The notes under the pieces: generated by a model | Database searches by the model: none | Told to the model about the DNA's origin: nothing | Seen by the model: only the letters and a program-made list of their open reading frames with translations | Program-made: the position numbers and the translations under genes | Shown: piece after piece, positions 1 to 9,700 of the stretch | How positions within the stretch are numbered: the first letter of the stretch is position 1 | Layout: the number at the start of each line of letters is the position of its first letter | Virus record (IMG/VR): IMGVR_UViG_3300042473_001265 | Coordinates: 1-64,000 of that record | DNA: 64,000 nucleotides | Strand: one strand, 5' to 3'

Positions 1-2210
1 GTATTGGCCACCGCAGGAGAGGCATTGCTGATAGCGCCGGCTGTGCCTATGATTTGAGCAGGGATGCTGGTAAACATCAATATGTTGCCACCGCCTGTAT
101 AGTTCCAGGCAAACTGTTGACCTATCACTGGCACGTTGGTATTGGACACACTGACCGTGGCATTGTAGACTATGATACCGTTGGGTATGTTGCTGTTGAC
201 CCATAGTTGATATGTGTTGTTGATCGGCACTGTGAAACTGTAGTTGTTGGTACCTGCAGTCACCGTCCAAGCCCCTTCGACCCTTGTAATCACATCCACT
301 GGTGTGTTGTTGGCATAGTTAACTGCAAAAGTATTGCCGGGTAGTGTTAGATTGCCAGTGTTGTCAAACACAGTTGAATACGCACCAGCAACCAAGGTCA
401 CATTGGCCGTGGTTCCTTGGACATTGCCAGTGATGTTGATGTTACCTGTGAAGTTTTGTGCTGTGATGTTGCCCGTTGCACTGATGTTACCCACGTTGCT
501 GACGTTGAATCCAGCACCGGCCAAGTTGCCACCCAAGGTAGGTGTGGTGGCCAAACTGATGTCCAGGGCTGTGTTTTCCCAACGATTGCCGACATAGACC
601 AAAAACTGGTTGGTCGCAGGTGTGGTAATTTGCACATCACTGAGATCTGTCATGTTAAGATTGGTAGTGGGTCGCACAAACAACACACCTGAGGTTTGAT
701 TGCGGGTCATGATAGAGGCCACGCAGATCTTCACATTGGGTGCGGCAGGTTCTACATTGGTCAGTTTACCAACCGCAGTAGGGTGAACATACAACTGATC
801 ACCCACTGCCCAGGTTTCGTCGCCCACTGATATGGCTGTGTTGGCTGTGCCTCTGGTATCTAATCCACGCACATAACCAAAGTATGTGATCACACCGTTG
901 ACACCGTTGCTGATATCTTGTGTGGCCAAGCCCAAGAATTTTATAGGGTCTGTTGATCCTGTCATAGGACTGGCTTCAATACGACCGGATCCAGCAGTGA
1001 CTCCTGAACAATATACAGCAGTACCGTTTTCGATAATGTTGCCGGTGTCGTTGCGAACCACATAGTGTGTTTCTTGTCCTACCTGTAACACCACGTCGGC
1101 ATAGCTTAAACCAATGTCCAAGGTGCCATCGGAACTATTCCAGGCCATTTGCCCGGCTGCTACATTGATACCGGCTGCGGTGTTGAAAGAGATCACATTG
1201 GCTGTGATGTTGGCTATGTTACCCGAGATACCAGTCAACTGACTACCATTACCAAAGATATAGTTGCCGGTGACGTTACCGGTAGCTGAAATCAGTCCAC
1301 CTGTTAATAAATTACCACTGGTGATATTACCACTTGCGCTCAATGATGTCAGCACACCAACACTGGTAATGTTGCCTTGTGCGGCTGTGGTCACTGTGCC
1401 GGCTGTTGTTGCTGACACAGCCGAAGTGGCATTGGCCACTGTGCCAGTTACATTGGCACCTGTCAAACTGGTCAATGTGGATCCGTTGCCAATGAAGTAT
1501 CCGCCCGAAATATTGCCAGTGGTCGTGATTGTGTTTGATCCAAATCCAGACAACAAGGTAACCACATTGGCGTTGCCGTACGGTACTGGTAATCCGGTTA
1601 GTTGTGATCCATTGCCAATGAAGTACGGTGCTGTGACATTGCCCACAGAACTTAGGCCAATGTTTGTGGTCCATACATTGCCGGTGGCGTTGTACAGCAG
1701 TGTGGCTATGTTGTCACTGGCACCCACTGTGACACCGGATCCATTGGCCGCATTGGCAGTGCTGGCTGTGTTGGACAATTGAATAGTTTTAGAATCGGTA
1801 ACAAGATTACCAATTTGAATGGTGTTGCCAGTCACTGTTAGATTGCCAGTTACCGTCAAGTCGCCCACACCCAATGTGCCGGCCAGCTCTAAGTTTCCAG
1901 AAATGTTGGCATATTGCACATACAACGAACTCCAACGCTGTGTGCTGGATCCTAAGTTGCGAATGTTTGAAGAATTTGGAACAATATTCACATTGCTCTG
2001 CACCACGCCCACGCCGTTGGGCGCCAACACCAAGTTTCCATTGGTGTTGATGGTCAAGATGGTGTTGTTGGCAATCTGCACATTTGAAGCCACTGGGCCT
2101 GCGGTGTAGATTTCTGTGAAATTTGTATTGGTATCAGTAAATGCTGTGCGTAATGGATCGCCCGTTCCGTCATTTGCTGCCGCACCAGTATCTATAATTA
2201 TTTGAGCCAT
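1..2210 (-). CDS. Tail fibre/baseplate-associated structural protein, truncated at the window edge
   Basis: Not in the ORF track because no stop is reached in the window. ATG at 2210 reads MAQIIIDTGAAANDGTGDPLRTAFTDTNTNFTEIY (T4 gp9/gp10-like N-terminal motif), followed by Gly/Asn/Thr-rich repeats. TAAATA lies upstream at 2238-2243. Confidence 0.8.
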   Translation of the reverse strand, partial: MAQIIIDTGAAANDGTGDPLRTAFTDTNTNFTEIYTAGPVASNVQIANNTILTINTNGNLVLAPNGVGVVQSNVNIVPNSSNIRNLGSSTQRWSSLYVQYANISGNLELAGTLGVGDLTVTGNLTVTGNTIQIGNLVTDSKTIQLSNTASTANAANGSGVTVGASDNIATLLYNATGNVWTTNIGLSSVGNVTAPYFIGNGSQLTGLPVPYGNANVVTLLSGFGSNTITTTGNISGGYFIGNGSTLTSLTGANVTGTVANATSAVSATTAGTVTTAAQGNITSVGVLTSLSASGNITSGNLLTGGLISATGNVTGNYIFGNGSQLTGISGNIANITANVISFNTAAGINVAAGQMAWNSSDGTLDIGLSYADVVLQVGQETHYVVRNDTGNIIENGTAVYCSGVTAGSGRIEASPMTGSTDPIKFLGLATQDISNGVNGVITYFGYVRGLDTRGTANTAISVGDETWAVGDQLYVHPTAVGKLTNVEPAAPNVKICVASIMTRNQTSGVLFVRPTTNLNMTDLSDVQITTPATNQFLVYVGNRWENTALDISLATTPTLGGNLAGAGFNVSNVGNISATGNITAQNFTGNINITGNVQGTTANVTLVAGAYSTVFDNTGNLTLPGNTFAVNYANNTPVDVITRVEGAWTVTAGTNNYSFTVPINNTYQLWVNSNIPNGIIVYNATVSVSNTNVPVIGQQFAWNYTGGGNILMFTSIPAQIIGTAGAISNASPAVAN

Positions 2211-2267
2211 TTTGGAATCCTTGTTTGCCGTTTGTATTATTTATGGCTAAATGCTATTCAAAACCGC

Positions 2268-2296
2268 TTGCTTGATGCGCAAAATTGTTGTATACT
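2268..2296 (+). promoter_or_regulatory. sigma70-type promoter TTGCTT-17-TATACT
   Basis: Near-consensus hexamers with 17 bp spacing upstream of the gene at 2354. Confidence 0.6.
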
Positions 2297-2353
2297 AGAT
2301 ACATGCTGTAGTTTAACAGCTAATGTTTATTATCAAAGAAAGGTAACATTTAT

Positions 2354-2620
2354 ATGCGTTTTAACACTGAAACAAAGACTTACAAATTGTTCTCTGCTCT
2401 TCACTCCGGTGAAACAGTGACTGCCAGCCAAGCTGCCAAGCGTTTTGGCATCAAGAACATCTCGGCCGAAGTGAGCCGGATTCGCCAAAGCGGTTTTGCA
2501 GTATATGCAAACAGCCGCAAAGCTGGCAATGGCGTTCAGGTCACTGAGTACGCGATTGGCACACCAAGCCGCAAGTTGATTGCTGCTGGTTACAAAGCCA
2601 TGTCTTTAGGCCTGGTCTAA
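2354..2620 (+). CDS. Small HTH-type DNA-binding protein
   Basis: VTASQAAKRFGIKNISAEVSRIRQSG is an HTH-like pattern; AAGG RBS. Confidence 0.6.
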   Translation: MRFNTETKTYKLFSALHSGETVTASQAAKRFGIKNISAEVSRIRQSGFAVYANSRKAGNGVQVTEYAIGTPSRKLIAAGYKAMSLGLV

Positions 2621-2655
2621 ATCCCCTCGCTGTTCAACTCAAACTGAACACATGC

Positions 2656-2686
2656 AAAAAGGCTGCCGCCCTGGTAGCCTTTTTTC
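2656..2686 (+). terminator. Intrinsic terminator, probably bidirectional
   Basis: AAAAAGGCTGCC-gccct-GGTAGCCTTTTTT. Confidence 0.75.
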
Positions 2687-2715
2687 TTGACTAAAATTCC
2701 TGGTTAGCGTATACT
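2687..2715 (+). promoter_or_regulatory. sigma70 promoter, leaderless
   Basis: TTGACT-17-TATACT; ATG at 2722 follows after 6 nt. Confidence 0.75.
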
Positions 2716-2721
2716 ACAACA

Positions 2722-3177
2722 ATGATAAAACAACTGTTTCAACGCTGGGGTCGACACCGAGTAATTTTGGATCGCACCGCAGAAGAACCCTATCTGGAAC
2801 GATATTATGTATTTCTCAAGGATCGTAAACGTTTTCCGTTCAACATCTTTGTACACAAGTTTTTAAAAAGCGATCCAGATGTGGTGCATGATCATCCGTG
2901 GCCCTATGCCACGCTGATACTGCGTGGTGGCTACTGGGAGTGGGTTCCAGAATTTGATGCTGAGGGTAAGATGGTTGGCGAAACCAGACATTGGCGGGCA
3001 CCGGGTTCGTTTAGAACTGCGGGTGCAAACACCTATCATCGTGTGGAATTGGAACCGGGCGTCACGCCATGGACCTTGTTTATGCCGGGCCCACAGCAAA
3101 GAGATTGGGGATTTTTGGTTGACAATAAATGGATAGCCAATGTGGAATTCTTTGATTTGCGTAGGAAAAAAGCGTAA
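2722..3177 (+). CDS. Cupin-fold phage protein
   Basis: HDHPW...GGYWE...YHRVEL cupin metal-binding motifs. Confidence 0.65.
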   Translation: MIKQLFQRWGRHRVILDRTAEEPYLERYYVFLKDRKRFPFNIFVHKFLKSDPDVVHDHPWPYATLILRGGYWEWVPEFDAEGKMVGETRHWRAPGSFRTAGANTYHRVELEPGVTPWTLFMPGPQQRDWGFLVDNKWIANVEFFDLRRKKA

Positions 3178-3199
3178 AAATGTAGCATAAAAACAACGG

Positions 3200-3228
3200 T
3201 TGACCATTAATGCTCGAAATGCTATAAT
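3200..3228 (+). promoter_or_regulatory. sigma70 promoter, leaderless
   Basis: TTGACC-17-TATAAT; ATG at 3235 follows after 6 nt. Confidence 0.8.
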
Positions 3229-3234
3229 ATACAC

Positions 3235-3585
3235 ATGGAAGCAAGAAACACACCCCGTAAAAAACGATCAGATCGTACGCATGTGATCTACATGCTGCAA
3301 TCTGGTGCGGACTTCTACATTGGCGTAACTGCCAAGACCGAAAGCACTGTGGACAAGAGTTTGGCAACCCGCTTCAACAAGCACATCTACCGCTCGCGCA
3401 GTGAGAACAAAAGTTGGACTCTTTACCAAGCCATGCGTGAGCGTGGTGCTGATTCGTTTGTGCAGGTGATCGTGGATGTGGTTCGTGGCAAGGCTGAAGC
3501 ACATGCTCGTGAGCGTGAACTGATCAAACTGCATCAGCCAAACTTGAATACTGACGTTCGTGGCTGTGCCTATTCTGGAGCATGA
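3235..3585 (+). CDS. GIY-YIG family nuclease-like protein
   Basis: VIY...FYIGVT...R...H...[10 protein letters not shown]...LN. Confidence 0.7.
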   Translation: MEARNTPRKKRSDRTHVIYMLQSGADFYIGVTAKTESTVDKSLATRFNKHIYRSRSENKSWTLYQAMRERGADSFVQVIVDVVRGKAEAHARERELIKLHQPNLNTDVRGCAYSGA

Positions 3586-3586
3586 G

Positions 3587-3802
3587 ATGAACAGTTGGGT
3601 GTTAATTATTGCAATATTCAATCCGGCTGGTGTGTGGCAACATCAATATACCGAACGCCACGACACCCAGCAGGACTGTACGGCACGATCCAAAGCATTG
3701 GAAACTGTCACTGCCAACAATAAATATTTCTTGCGGGGCATTTGTGTAACCAACGATCACTGGACCGGTAAGAAACTCATGCCCGGAGTGAATTTGGATT
3801 AA
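3587..3802 (+). CDS. Hypothetical protein
   Basis: ORF packed between neighbours; ATG at 3587. Confidence 0.55.
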   Translation: MNSWVLIIAIFNPAGVWQHQYTERHDTQQDCTARSKALETVTANNKYFLRGICVTNDHWTGKKLMPGVNLD

Positions 3803-3819
3803 TGTAAGGAAATTGTGAT

Positions 3820-4002
3820 ATGATTCACCTGGATCCAGGACAAGAATGGAACGAGCTGGTTCAGTGTCTGATAAAACAGCGCGGCGCCACTTACACCGCA
3901 GGATACCTGATGGCCATCCTGACCCGGGCAACCAAAGCTGATCAGAATCTACAAAGAGAACTCACTGCCAGATTGGAACTTGAAAGAAAAAAAGTCCGTT
4001 GA
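3820..4002 (+). CDS. Hypothetical protein
   Basis: AAGGA RBS and gene packing. Confidence 0.55.
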   Translation: MIHLDPGQEWNELVQCLIKQRGATYTAGYLMAILTRATKADQNLQRELTARLELERKKVR

Positions 4003-4027
4003 TCATTTGAGAAATATGTTGTATAAT
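3999..4027 (+). promoter_or_regulatory. sigma70 promoter
   Basis: TTGATC-17-TATAAT. Confidence 0.7.
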
Positions 4028-4065
4028 AAGTCGGACTGTAGACCCGGACCCATTTTAAGGATTGT

Positions 4066-4440
4066 ATGAGTGAATTTGTAAACTTTCTCACTGTGCTTGT
4101 GACGATTTATTTTGTTGGTAAACTATTATTTTTTGTTGTCCAACAATACATAGTGTATAGATTGATGACACAGCTTCACCAACTGCGATCCGCAGACCCG
4201 GAGTTGGAGTCAGAAACTCCGGATGTTGTGTTGTTGAATATAGAAAAATTTCAAGATCAATACTACTGCTACAATACCACAACCGGTGAGTTTGTGTGTC
4301 AGGGCAAAAGTATTCCTGAGCTGGACGAACAGTTCCATTCTCGTTATCCCGGAATGCGGGCGTTGATTTCTTCTGCTGATGCTACCGCAGTGCAATCTCT
4401 CTGCAGTGAGCCGGAAATTTCAAAGGTGAACAAATTATGA
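4066..4440 (+). CDS. Membrane-anchored hypothetical protein
   Basis: N-terminal TM helix; AAGGA RBS. Confidence 0.65.
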   Translation: MSEFVNFLTVLVTIYFVGKLLFFVVQQYIVYRLMTQLHQLRSADPELESETPDVVLLNIEKFQDQYYCYNTTTGEFVCQGKSIPELDEQFHSRYPGMRALISSADATAVQSLCSEPEISKVNKL

Positions 4441-5150
4441 AAGTAAAAATTGGACCACACACAAATTATTTCGGTCCTTACCAACTGGCCGAACTACTTT
4501 GCTTCTGGGTCAAAGAACAAGAAGGCGAATACGGCATCAAAAGCAAGCCGCATTGGGTACACCAGTTTGGCGAATGGCTGGCGCACGGCAGCATAGCGCC
4601 TGAACCCCAAGTGGGCGAGATTACCCGTTGGAATCACAATCGTCCGGACACTGTGCTGAGTAAATTCCTGACTTGGATTCACAGTCGACAACAGCGTACA
4701 ATCAAAGTCGAAATTGACCCGTGGGATACTTGGAACATGGATCATACACTGGCGTTGATTGTGTTGCCCATGCTGCGACAACTGAAGGAACAGCAACACG
4801 GCGCTGGCAGTGTTGACGACAAAGATGTTCCCAAAGAACTGCGTAGCACATCTGCAGAGCCCAAAGAAAATGAATGGGACACAGATTCCAATCATTTTGC
4901 TCGTTGGGAATGGGTCCTGGACGAAATGATTTTTGCGTTCAACAGCAAGGTTGACGACAGTTGGGAAGATCAGTTTCACTCCGGTGAACATGACCTTCAA
5001 TGGAAGAAACTGGAAAATGGCAATAGTGAAATGATCAAAGGTCCAAAAGACACATTTGAGATTGACATGAAAGGTCGCATGGCCTACGAAAAACGAATCC
5101 AAACCGGTTTTGCTCTGTTTGGAAAATACTATCAAAATCTTTGGGATTGA
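4437..5150 (+). CDS. Conserved phage hypothetical protein
   Basis: DTWNMDHTLALIVLPML...GFALFGKYYQNLWD pattern typical of large myophages; ATGA overlap. Confidence 0.75.
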   Translation: MKVKIGPHTNYFGPYQLAELLCFWVKEQEGEYGIKSKPHWVHQFGEWLAHGSIAPEPQVGEITRWNHNRPDTVLSKFLTWIHSRQQRTIKVEIDPWDTWNMDHTLALIVLPMLRQLKEQQHGAGSVDDKDVPKELRSTSAEPKENEWDTDSNHFARWEWVLDEMIFAFNSKVDDSWEDQFHSGEHDLQWKKLENGNSEMIKGPKDTFEIDMKGRMAYEKRIQTGFALFGKYYQNLWD

Positions 5151-5151
5151 C

Positions 5152-5847
5152 ATGACAACTGCACTGCGTACAATCAACTGGGACGATTTTCTCACCACTG
5201 ACAACGAGCCTCCTGAAGGACCAATTGTGTTCAAAGATGATCCAATTGCCATGGCCTGCGCCAGCTATAGATTGTCGCAAGAAGGTGGATTTGCCTGGTT
5301 GGATCTGCACTCAGTAACAGTAGACCCTCAGGATCGCGACACAGCAGTTGACATTCGCCGATACTATGCTGATCGACTGTTGATGACAGCACTCAAGTCC
5401 AAAGGTGTCATGAGTGAATTTAGACGCAAGCTGTATGGTGTGGTCACTGGCAACTATCAACTGAAGAAATCTGAAGAAGGTCTGCTGTATCGACTGCCAT
5501 ACTTTTATGCTGAAGACACTGGCCTTGATCATGTGATGAGTCAGACACAGTCAGCATCAATGACCGCCGCTGCCACAGCAAAGATTGCAGGAAAGTTTAC
5601 CCTTGTGAAGAAAATATTTTGCAGTCGTGCTGGGGCCGGATCTCATTGGCAGTTTTGGTTTGTGCGCAACAATTCTCCAGAGCCATACTTGGTAGAAATC
5701 AAGAATGACAATGTGCTGTACAAGTTGTTTGACACCCTGACTCAACAGCCGCAGATGTTTTCCGCGGGCACAACGCACTTCAAACATCATCGCGGCCATT
5801 ATCGGGACAGAGTTTACATCAAAATGACACAGGTTGATCTTGCTTGA
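5152..5847 (+). CDS. Hypothetical protein
   Basis: Long ORF; ATG at 5152 immediately after the upstream stop. Confidence 0.7.
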   Translation: MTTALRTINWDDFLTTDNEPPEGPIVFKDDPIAMACASYRLSQEGGFAWLDLHSVTVDPQDRDTAVDIRRYYADRLLMTALKSKGVMSEFRRKLYGVVTGNYQLKKSEEGLLYRLPYFYAEDTGLDHVMSQTQSASMTAAATAKIAGKFTLVKKIFCSRAGAGSHWQFWFVRNNSPEPYLVEIKNDNVLYKLFDTLTQQPQMFSAGTTHFKHHRGHYRDRVYIKMTQVDLA

Positions 5848-5872
5848 CCATTAATCCCAATTGTGTTATAAT
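5844..5872 (+). promoter_or_regulatory. sigma70 promoter, leaderless
   Basis: TTGACC-17-TATAAT; ATG at 5879 follows after 6 nt. Confidence 0.8.
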
Positions 5873-5878
5873 AACAGC

Positions 5879-6109
5879 ATGATAAAGATTACTTCTGGTC
5901 GACCCTTTCGAACAATCAAGTCTGGCGATCCTGACTGGCATTTCAGCCCCAATGAATTTACTTTGGTGCCACGTGCTGGTTTTGAAATCAGTGAAAAATG
6001 TCCAAAAGAATATCGAATGATCCTTGCAGATTGTATCAACTACGGCTGGATCAAACCTGTTGCCTACATGCAAGATTCTGAATATACCTGGGAGTTATTG
6101 AAAAAATGA
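5879..6109 (+). CDS. Hypothetical protein
   Basis: Start placed from promoter geometry. Confidence 0.65.
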   Translation: MIKITSGRPFRTIKSGDPDWHFSPNEFTLVPRAGFEISEKCPKEYRMILADCINYGWIKPVAYMQDSEYTWELLKK

Positions 6110-6504
6110 GCATGCACCTACACCATCCTGCCCTCAGTCTGACAGGCAAACGCAAGGGCAAGGTCAAGTTTCGCAACGCTGCCGAAGCACAACGAGCACG
6201 AGAACTTGATGCCAGCTGGAAAGAGATCTTAAAATCTCAAGGTGTGGCAGCGGAAGAAAAACGCCGGGCTAGAGCCATGCGAGCAGAACCCTTGCAGTAC
6301 AATCTCTCATCCTCAAATGATCGTGCCAACACCAGGCATATTCCCAGTCTGGACACAGGACATTCGGGTGCATTACGCACCAAAGACATTCCCAAATACA
6401 CTGGCACAAAAATTCTCGGTATTGGCACCATGCACAAGAGCAATGCAGTTCCGGTGTTCAGCTCGGAAGAAGCACATGACATCGCAACCATGCGCCGCGG
6501 CTAA
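6106..6504 (+). CDS. Conserved basic phage protein
   Basis: YTGTKILGIGTMHKSNAVPVFS..EA.DIATMRR motif common in T4-like phages. Confidence 0.7.
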   Translation: MSMHLHHPALSLTGKRKGKVKFRNAAEAQRARELDASWKEILKSQGVAAEEKRRARAMRAEPLQYNLSSSNDRANTRHIPSLDTGHSGALRTKDIPKYTGTKILGIGTMHKSNAVPVFSSEEAHDIATMRRG

Positions 6505-6739
6505 ACACACAGTGAGAACCTATCAGCCCTGGGCCGAAGTGCTGAGTTACTTGCAACAGCATGTGGGCAATTTGTTGCACTGCCGGCCTATCATGATGTG
6601 GCACGGCGAAGGATGGCATATGAGACGCGGCACCTCACATAGACAAGTAGCACCAAGAGGCACCGTGGGCACTAGCTTTTATGATGTGGAGTTTGATGAT
6701 CCCAAACAGGCAGTGGCCTTTGCATTGAAGTGGGCATGA
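6476..6739 (+). CDS. Small protein, C-terminal F-x-L-x-W family
   Basis: Ends VEFDDPKQAVAFALKWA. Confidence 0.6.
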   Translation: MTSQPCAAAKHTVRTYQPWAEVLSYLQQHVGNLLHCRPIMMWHGEGWHMRRGTSHRQVAPRGTVGTSFYDVEFDDPKQAVAFALKWA

Positions 6740-6746
6740 CACCACC

Positions 6747-7028
6747 GTGGCCAGCATTGTTCCATTTCAAGATTTTGACGACAGTGATCCTGACATTGAG
6801 TTTCGTCGCCGACGTTGGAAGTATTGGCAGGGCCTGAAAACGACACGCCTGGAATACATGAACAGCTTGATTCCGTTGGGAAAAAAATTTGATGAGCGTG
6901 ATTTTAAAAATTATATCGAAGAAACTTATGGAATACAACTGCATGAAGACGCAGGCGGCAGCATAACAGACACCTATGACATTGTGGATGAAAAAAAATA
7001 TCTTGTGTTTTTTCTAAAATGGTTATGA
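6747..7028 (+). CDS. Small protein, F-x-L-x-W family
   Basis: Ends YDIVDEKKYLVFFLKWL. Confidence 0.6.
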   Translation: MASIVPFQDFDDSDPDIEFRRRRWKYWQGLKTTRLEYMNSLIPLGKKFDERDFKNYIEETYGIQLHEDAGGSITDTYDIVDEKKYLVFFLKWL

Positions 7029-7348
7029 ATATTAAAAGAAAACTTTGGTGGCGATTCATGCCCGGAGTTGTGATCAATGTTCGCTGGCCAACAGGTGCGA
7101 TCGTAGCAGGGCCCGGGCCCGAAGATCCATTCTGGTATGATTTGGGCGGTGCAGCCTATGTGACTTTTGAGTCAGCAGACCCCAATGATCATTACAGACC
7201 TTGGATAGAACAACATGTGGGTCGTCAAGGCTGGGACTGGGACTGGACCGTGGGGCCGTCTATAGATGAGACAAAGAATTATCTGACCATAAAGATTAGA
7301 CGCAAGCATGCCAAATATGCCACAATAGCAGCAATGAGGTGGAATTAG
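7025..7348 (+). CDS. Small protein, F-x-L-x-W-like
   Basis: Ends YATIAAMRWN; ATGA overlap. Confidence 0.6.
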   Translation: MNIKRKLWWRFMPGVVINVRWPTGAIVAGPGPEDPFWYDLGGAAYVTFESADPNDHYRPWIEQHVGRQGWDWDWTVGPSIDETKNYLTIKIRRKHAKYATIAAMRWN

Positions 7349-7351
7349 ATC

Positions 7352-7528
7352 ATGCATCAACCAGCTTGTAAAACTCATCCGGATGCGCCACATGGATTTT
7401 TAAGGAATGCGTCACACACTGAAAATCGATATGTGTGCGAGTGTGAATACTGGACGGAACCCAGCAGTGACCAACATCGACAATTTGATCTGTTTGATAA
7501 CCCAGCGTCCGAGGCATTGAAAAAATGA
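7352..7528 (+). CDS. Small Cys/His-rich hypothetical protein
   Basis: Read manually: MHQPACKTHPDAPHGF...YVCECEYW; fills the gap exactly. Confidence 0.55.
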   Translation: MHQPACKTHPDAPHGFLRNASHTENRYVCECEYWTEPSSDQHRQFDLFDNPASEALKK

Positions 7529-7764
7529 CAATGCAGCGTGGCTACAGTGTGTTCACTGCCGTGGCTGTACAAAATCGAACAACAGCAGTTTCCAAACGGG
7601 ACTACCAAAAATGGCGTAAAGATCACATCTTTAACGCAATAAAATTTGGTGTGGCCTACGGCGATGATTTTTGCAACCACTTCGACATTGTTGACTATAT
7701 ATTGTGTTACACGCGAGACCCTGTCAGGGCCGATGAATACATACAAAAACACTATATCAAATGA
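7525..7764 (+). CDS. Hypothetical protein
   Basis: ATGA overlaps on both sides. Confidence 0.6.
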   Translation: MTMQRGYSVFTAVAVQNRTTAVSKRDYQKWRKDHIFNAIKFGVAYGDDFCNHFDIVDYILCYTRDPVRADEYIQKHYIK

Positions 7765-8159
7765 AGATTGTATTGAATGGGACATTTGACATTGTGCATG
7801 TGGGACATCTGCGCATGTTGGCGCACGCCAGTACGCTAGGCGATCATGTGCTGGTGTGTATTGATTCGGACAGCAGAGTAAAAACGATCAAAGGCCTAGA
7901 CCGACCAATAAACTCCCAACAAGAACGCCAAGAATTGTTGCAAAGTCTTAGAGCAGTGGATCAAGTAAAAATCTTCAACACTGATCAAGACTTGATTGAT
8001 ATTTTAAAAGAGTACAACGCAGACATCATGGTCAAAGGCAGTGACTGGAAAGCTCACGGCTACATTGGACAAGAATACTGCAAACAAACAGAATGGTTTG
8101 ACAGGATCAATGGCTACTCCACAACAGAAAAAATTCAACATATTATTGCTGGGCGATGA
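7761..8159 (+). CDS. Heptose-1-phosphate adenylyltransferase-like protein (HldC/RfaE domain II)
   Basis: NGTFDIVHVGH (HxGH), KGLDRPIN..ER, VKGSDW, YSTT. Confidence 0.85.
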   Translation: MKIVLNGTFDIVHVGHLRMLAHASTLGDHVLVCIDSDSRVKTIKGLDRPINSQQERQELLQSLRAVDQVKIFNTDQDLIDILKEYNADIMVKGSDWKAHGYIGQEYCKQTEWFDRINGYSTTEKIQHIIAGR

Positions 8160-8868
8160 CTGTGTAGACGTTTACCAGTACGGGTCTATAGATCGCATCA
8201 GTCCCGAAGCGCCGGTGCCGGTGTTCAAGCTTCTTTACGAACTGTCACGCCCCGGCATGGCCGGCAATGTCAATGACAATTTGATAGCACTGGGTTGCAA
8301 TGTAAAGTACATCACAGACGGCCCGCCCAGTACCAAAACCAGATTGATCGATGCACGAAGCAAACAGCACATTGTTAGAATAGACAACGATACACAATCA
8401 TCAGGCATACAAGCCGGATCATGGCCCGTGGGCATCAACAACTACGATGCCATTGTGATTTCGGACTACAACAAAGGCTTTGTAAGTTACGAAGCAATTG
8501 AATGGGTACGCAAAGAGTTTCGTGGCCCGATCTTTGTTGATACAAAAAAAACTGAGTTGGCAAGATTGGAAGGATGCATTGTAAAAATCAACGCACTGGA
8601 ACACAGTTTGTTGAAATCCGAATGCAGTGAACTGATTGTGACCAGCGGCAAAGACGGCGCAAAATACAAAGGAAACAGTTATCAAACACCACTGGTCGAA
8701 GTGACAGATGTGTGTGGTGCCGGTGATACCTTTTTGTCTGCACTGGTTGTAGAATTTTTAAATACAGGCTGCATGAAGAAATCCATAGATTTTGCCAATC
8801 GGGCAGCAGCCGTCACTGTGCAACACACCGGTGTGTATGCACCAACACTAGAGGAAATTCAATGTTGA
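8110..8868 (+). CDS. PfkB-family heptose-7-phosphate kinase-like protein (HldA/RfaE domain I)
   Basis: RISPEAPVPV, GMAGNV, ISDYNKG, VTDVCGAGDTF. Confidence 0.85.
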   Translation: MATPQQKKFNILLLGDDCVDVYQYGSIDRISPEAPVPVFKLLYELSRPGMAGNVNDNLIALGCNVKYITDGPPSTKTRLIDARSKQHIVRIDNDTQSSGIQAGSWPVGINNYDAIVISDYNKGFVSYEAIEWVRKEFRGPIFVDTKKTELARLEGCIVKINALEHSLLKSECSELIVTSGKDGAKYKGNSYQTPLVEVTDVCGAGDTFLSALVVEFLNTGCMKKSIDFANRAAAVTVQHTGVYAPTLEEIQC

Positions 8869-9221
8869 GATTAGAAGGTTTTGTAGAAAAAGGCTGGGGT
8901 TCAGAACTGATATGGGCCACCACGGACAAGTACTGCGGCAAGCTGTTGAAATTCAACAAGGATGCCAAATTCAGCATGCACTTTCATGCAGAAAAAGATG
9001 AGTCGTGGTATGTGCTGGATGGAAAGTTTGTTGTCAAGTTTATTGAAACACGCGATGCCAGCCAGCACGAAACAGAACTGACAGCAGGCTGCGTCTGGCG
9101 CAATAGACCATTGCAACCGCACCAGGTGATCTGTTTGGAAGCCGGAACCATCATTGAAGTAAGCACTGCCGACAGTATAGCAGACAATTACCGTGTGGGC
9201 AAGGGTGACAGCCAAAAATGA
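8862..9221 (+). CDS. Cupin, sugar-isomerase-like
   Basis: VEKGWGSE...SMHFHAEKDESWYV...PHQ...EVST. Confidence 0.7.
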   Translation: MLRLEGFVEKGWGSELIWATTDKYCGKLLKFNKDAKFSMHFHAEKDESWYVLDGKFVVKFIETRDASQHETELTAGCVWRNRPLQPHQVICLEAGTIIEVSTADSIADNYRVGKGDSQK

Positions 9222-9700
9222 GAACAGTATATTTAGATATGGATGATGTAATTGCAGACTTCAACGCCTATGCAATCAGTGTGTTGCGTAAAAAACAAGA
9301 TGACGAACGCTGGGAACACAAGGAGTGGACACGACTACGGGATAATCCACGTCTGTATAGAGACTTAGATAAAACAGCAGAAGCGGACACTATTGTTACG
9401 GCTTGCAAAGAAAAATGCAAATCCAATAATTGGAATTTGATGTTTTTAACAGCAGTACCCAAAGGCAATGATGTTAAGTGGGCCTTCTATGATAAAGTGC
9501 ATTGGGCCACCATTCACTACCCGGATATTCCTGTAATGTTTGGACCATATAGTCATGATAAACATGTGCATTGTAACCCAGGTGATGTTTTAATTGACGA
9601 CCGTACCAGCAACTGTGAAGAATGGCAGAATGCTGGTGGTGTTGCTATACAACATCGTGGAGACATTGACAAAACATTACAAGAAATTTTAAATTTATGA
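9218..9700 (+). CDS. HAD phosphatase, 5'(3')-deoxyribonucleotidase-like
   Basis: YLDMDDVIADF, FLTA, K, LIDDR motifs. Confidence 0.75.
   Translation: MRTVYLDMDDVIADFNAYAISVLRKKQDDERWEHKEWTRLRDNPRLYRDLDKTAEADTIVTACKEKCKSNNWNLMFLTAVPKGNDVKWAFYDKVHWATIHYPDIPVMFGPYSHDKHVHCNPGDVLIDDRTSNCEEWQNAGGVAIQHRGDIDKTLQEILNL

Noticed and set aside
334-2109. + strand ORFs at 334, 417, 1264 and 1819
   Set aside because: Antisense shadows of the long - strand fibre gene; repetitive Gly/Asn/Thr codons leave few stops on the opposite strand.
3235-3585. Intron- or intein-associated homing endonuclease
   Set aside because: It is a short free-standing GIY-YIG gene with its own promoter and no interrupted host gene.
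4028-4060. tRNA-Tyr gene suggested by GGACTGTAGA
   Set aside because: No D arm, T arm (GTTCGA) or acceptor stem; only a small hairpin.
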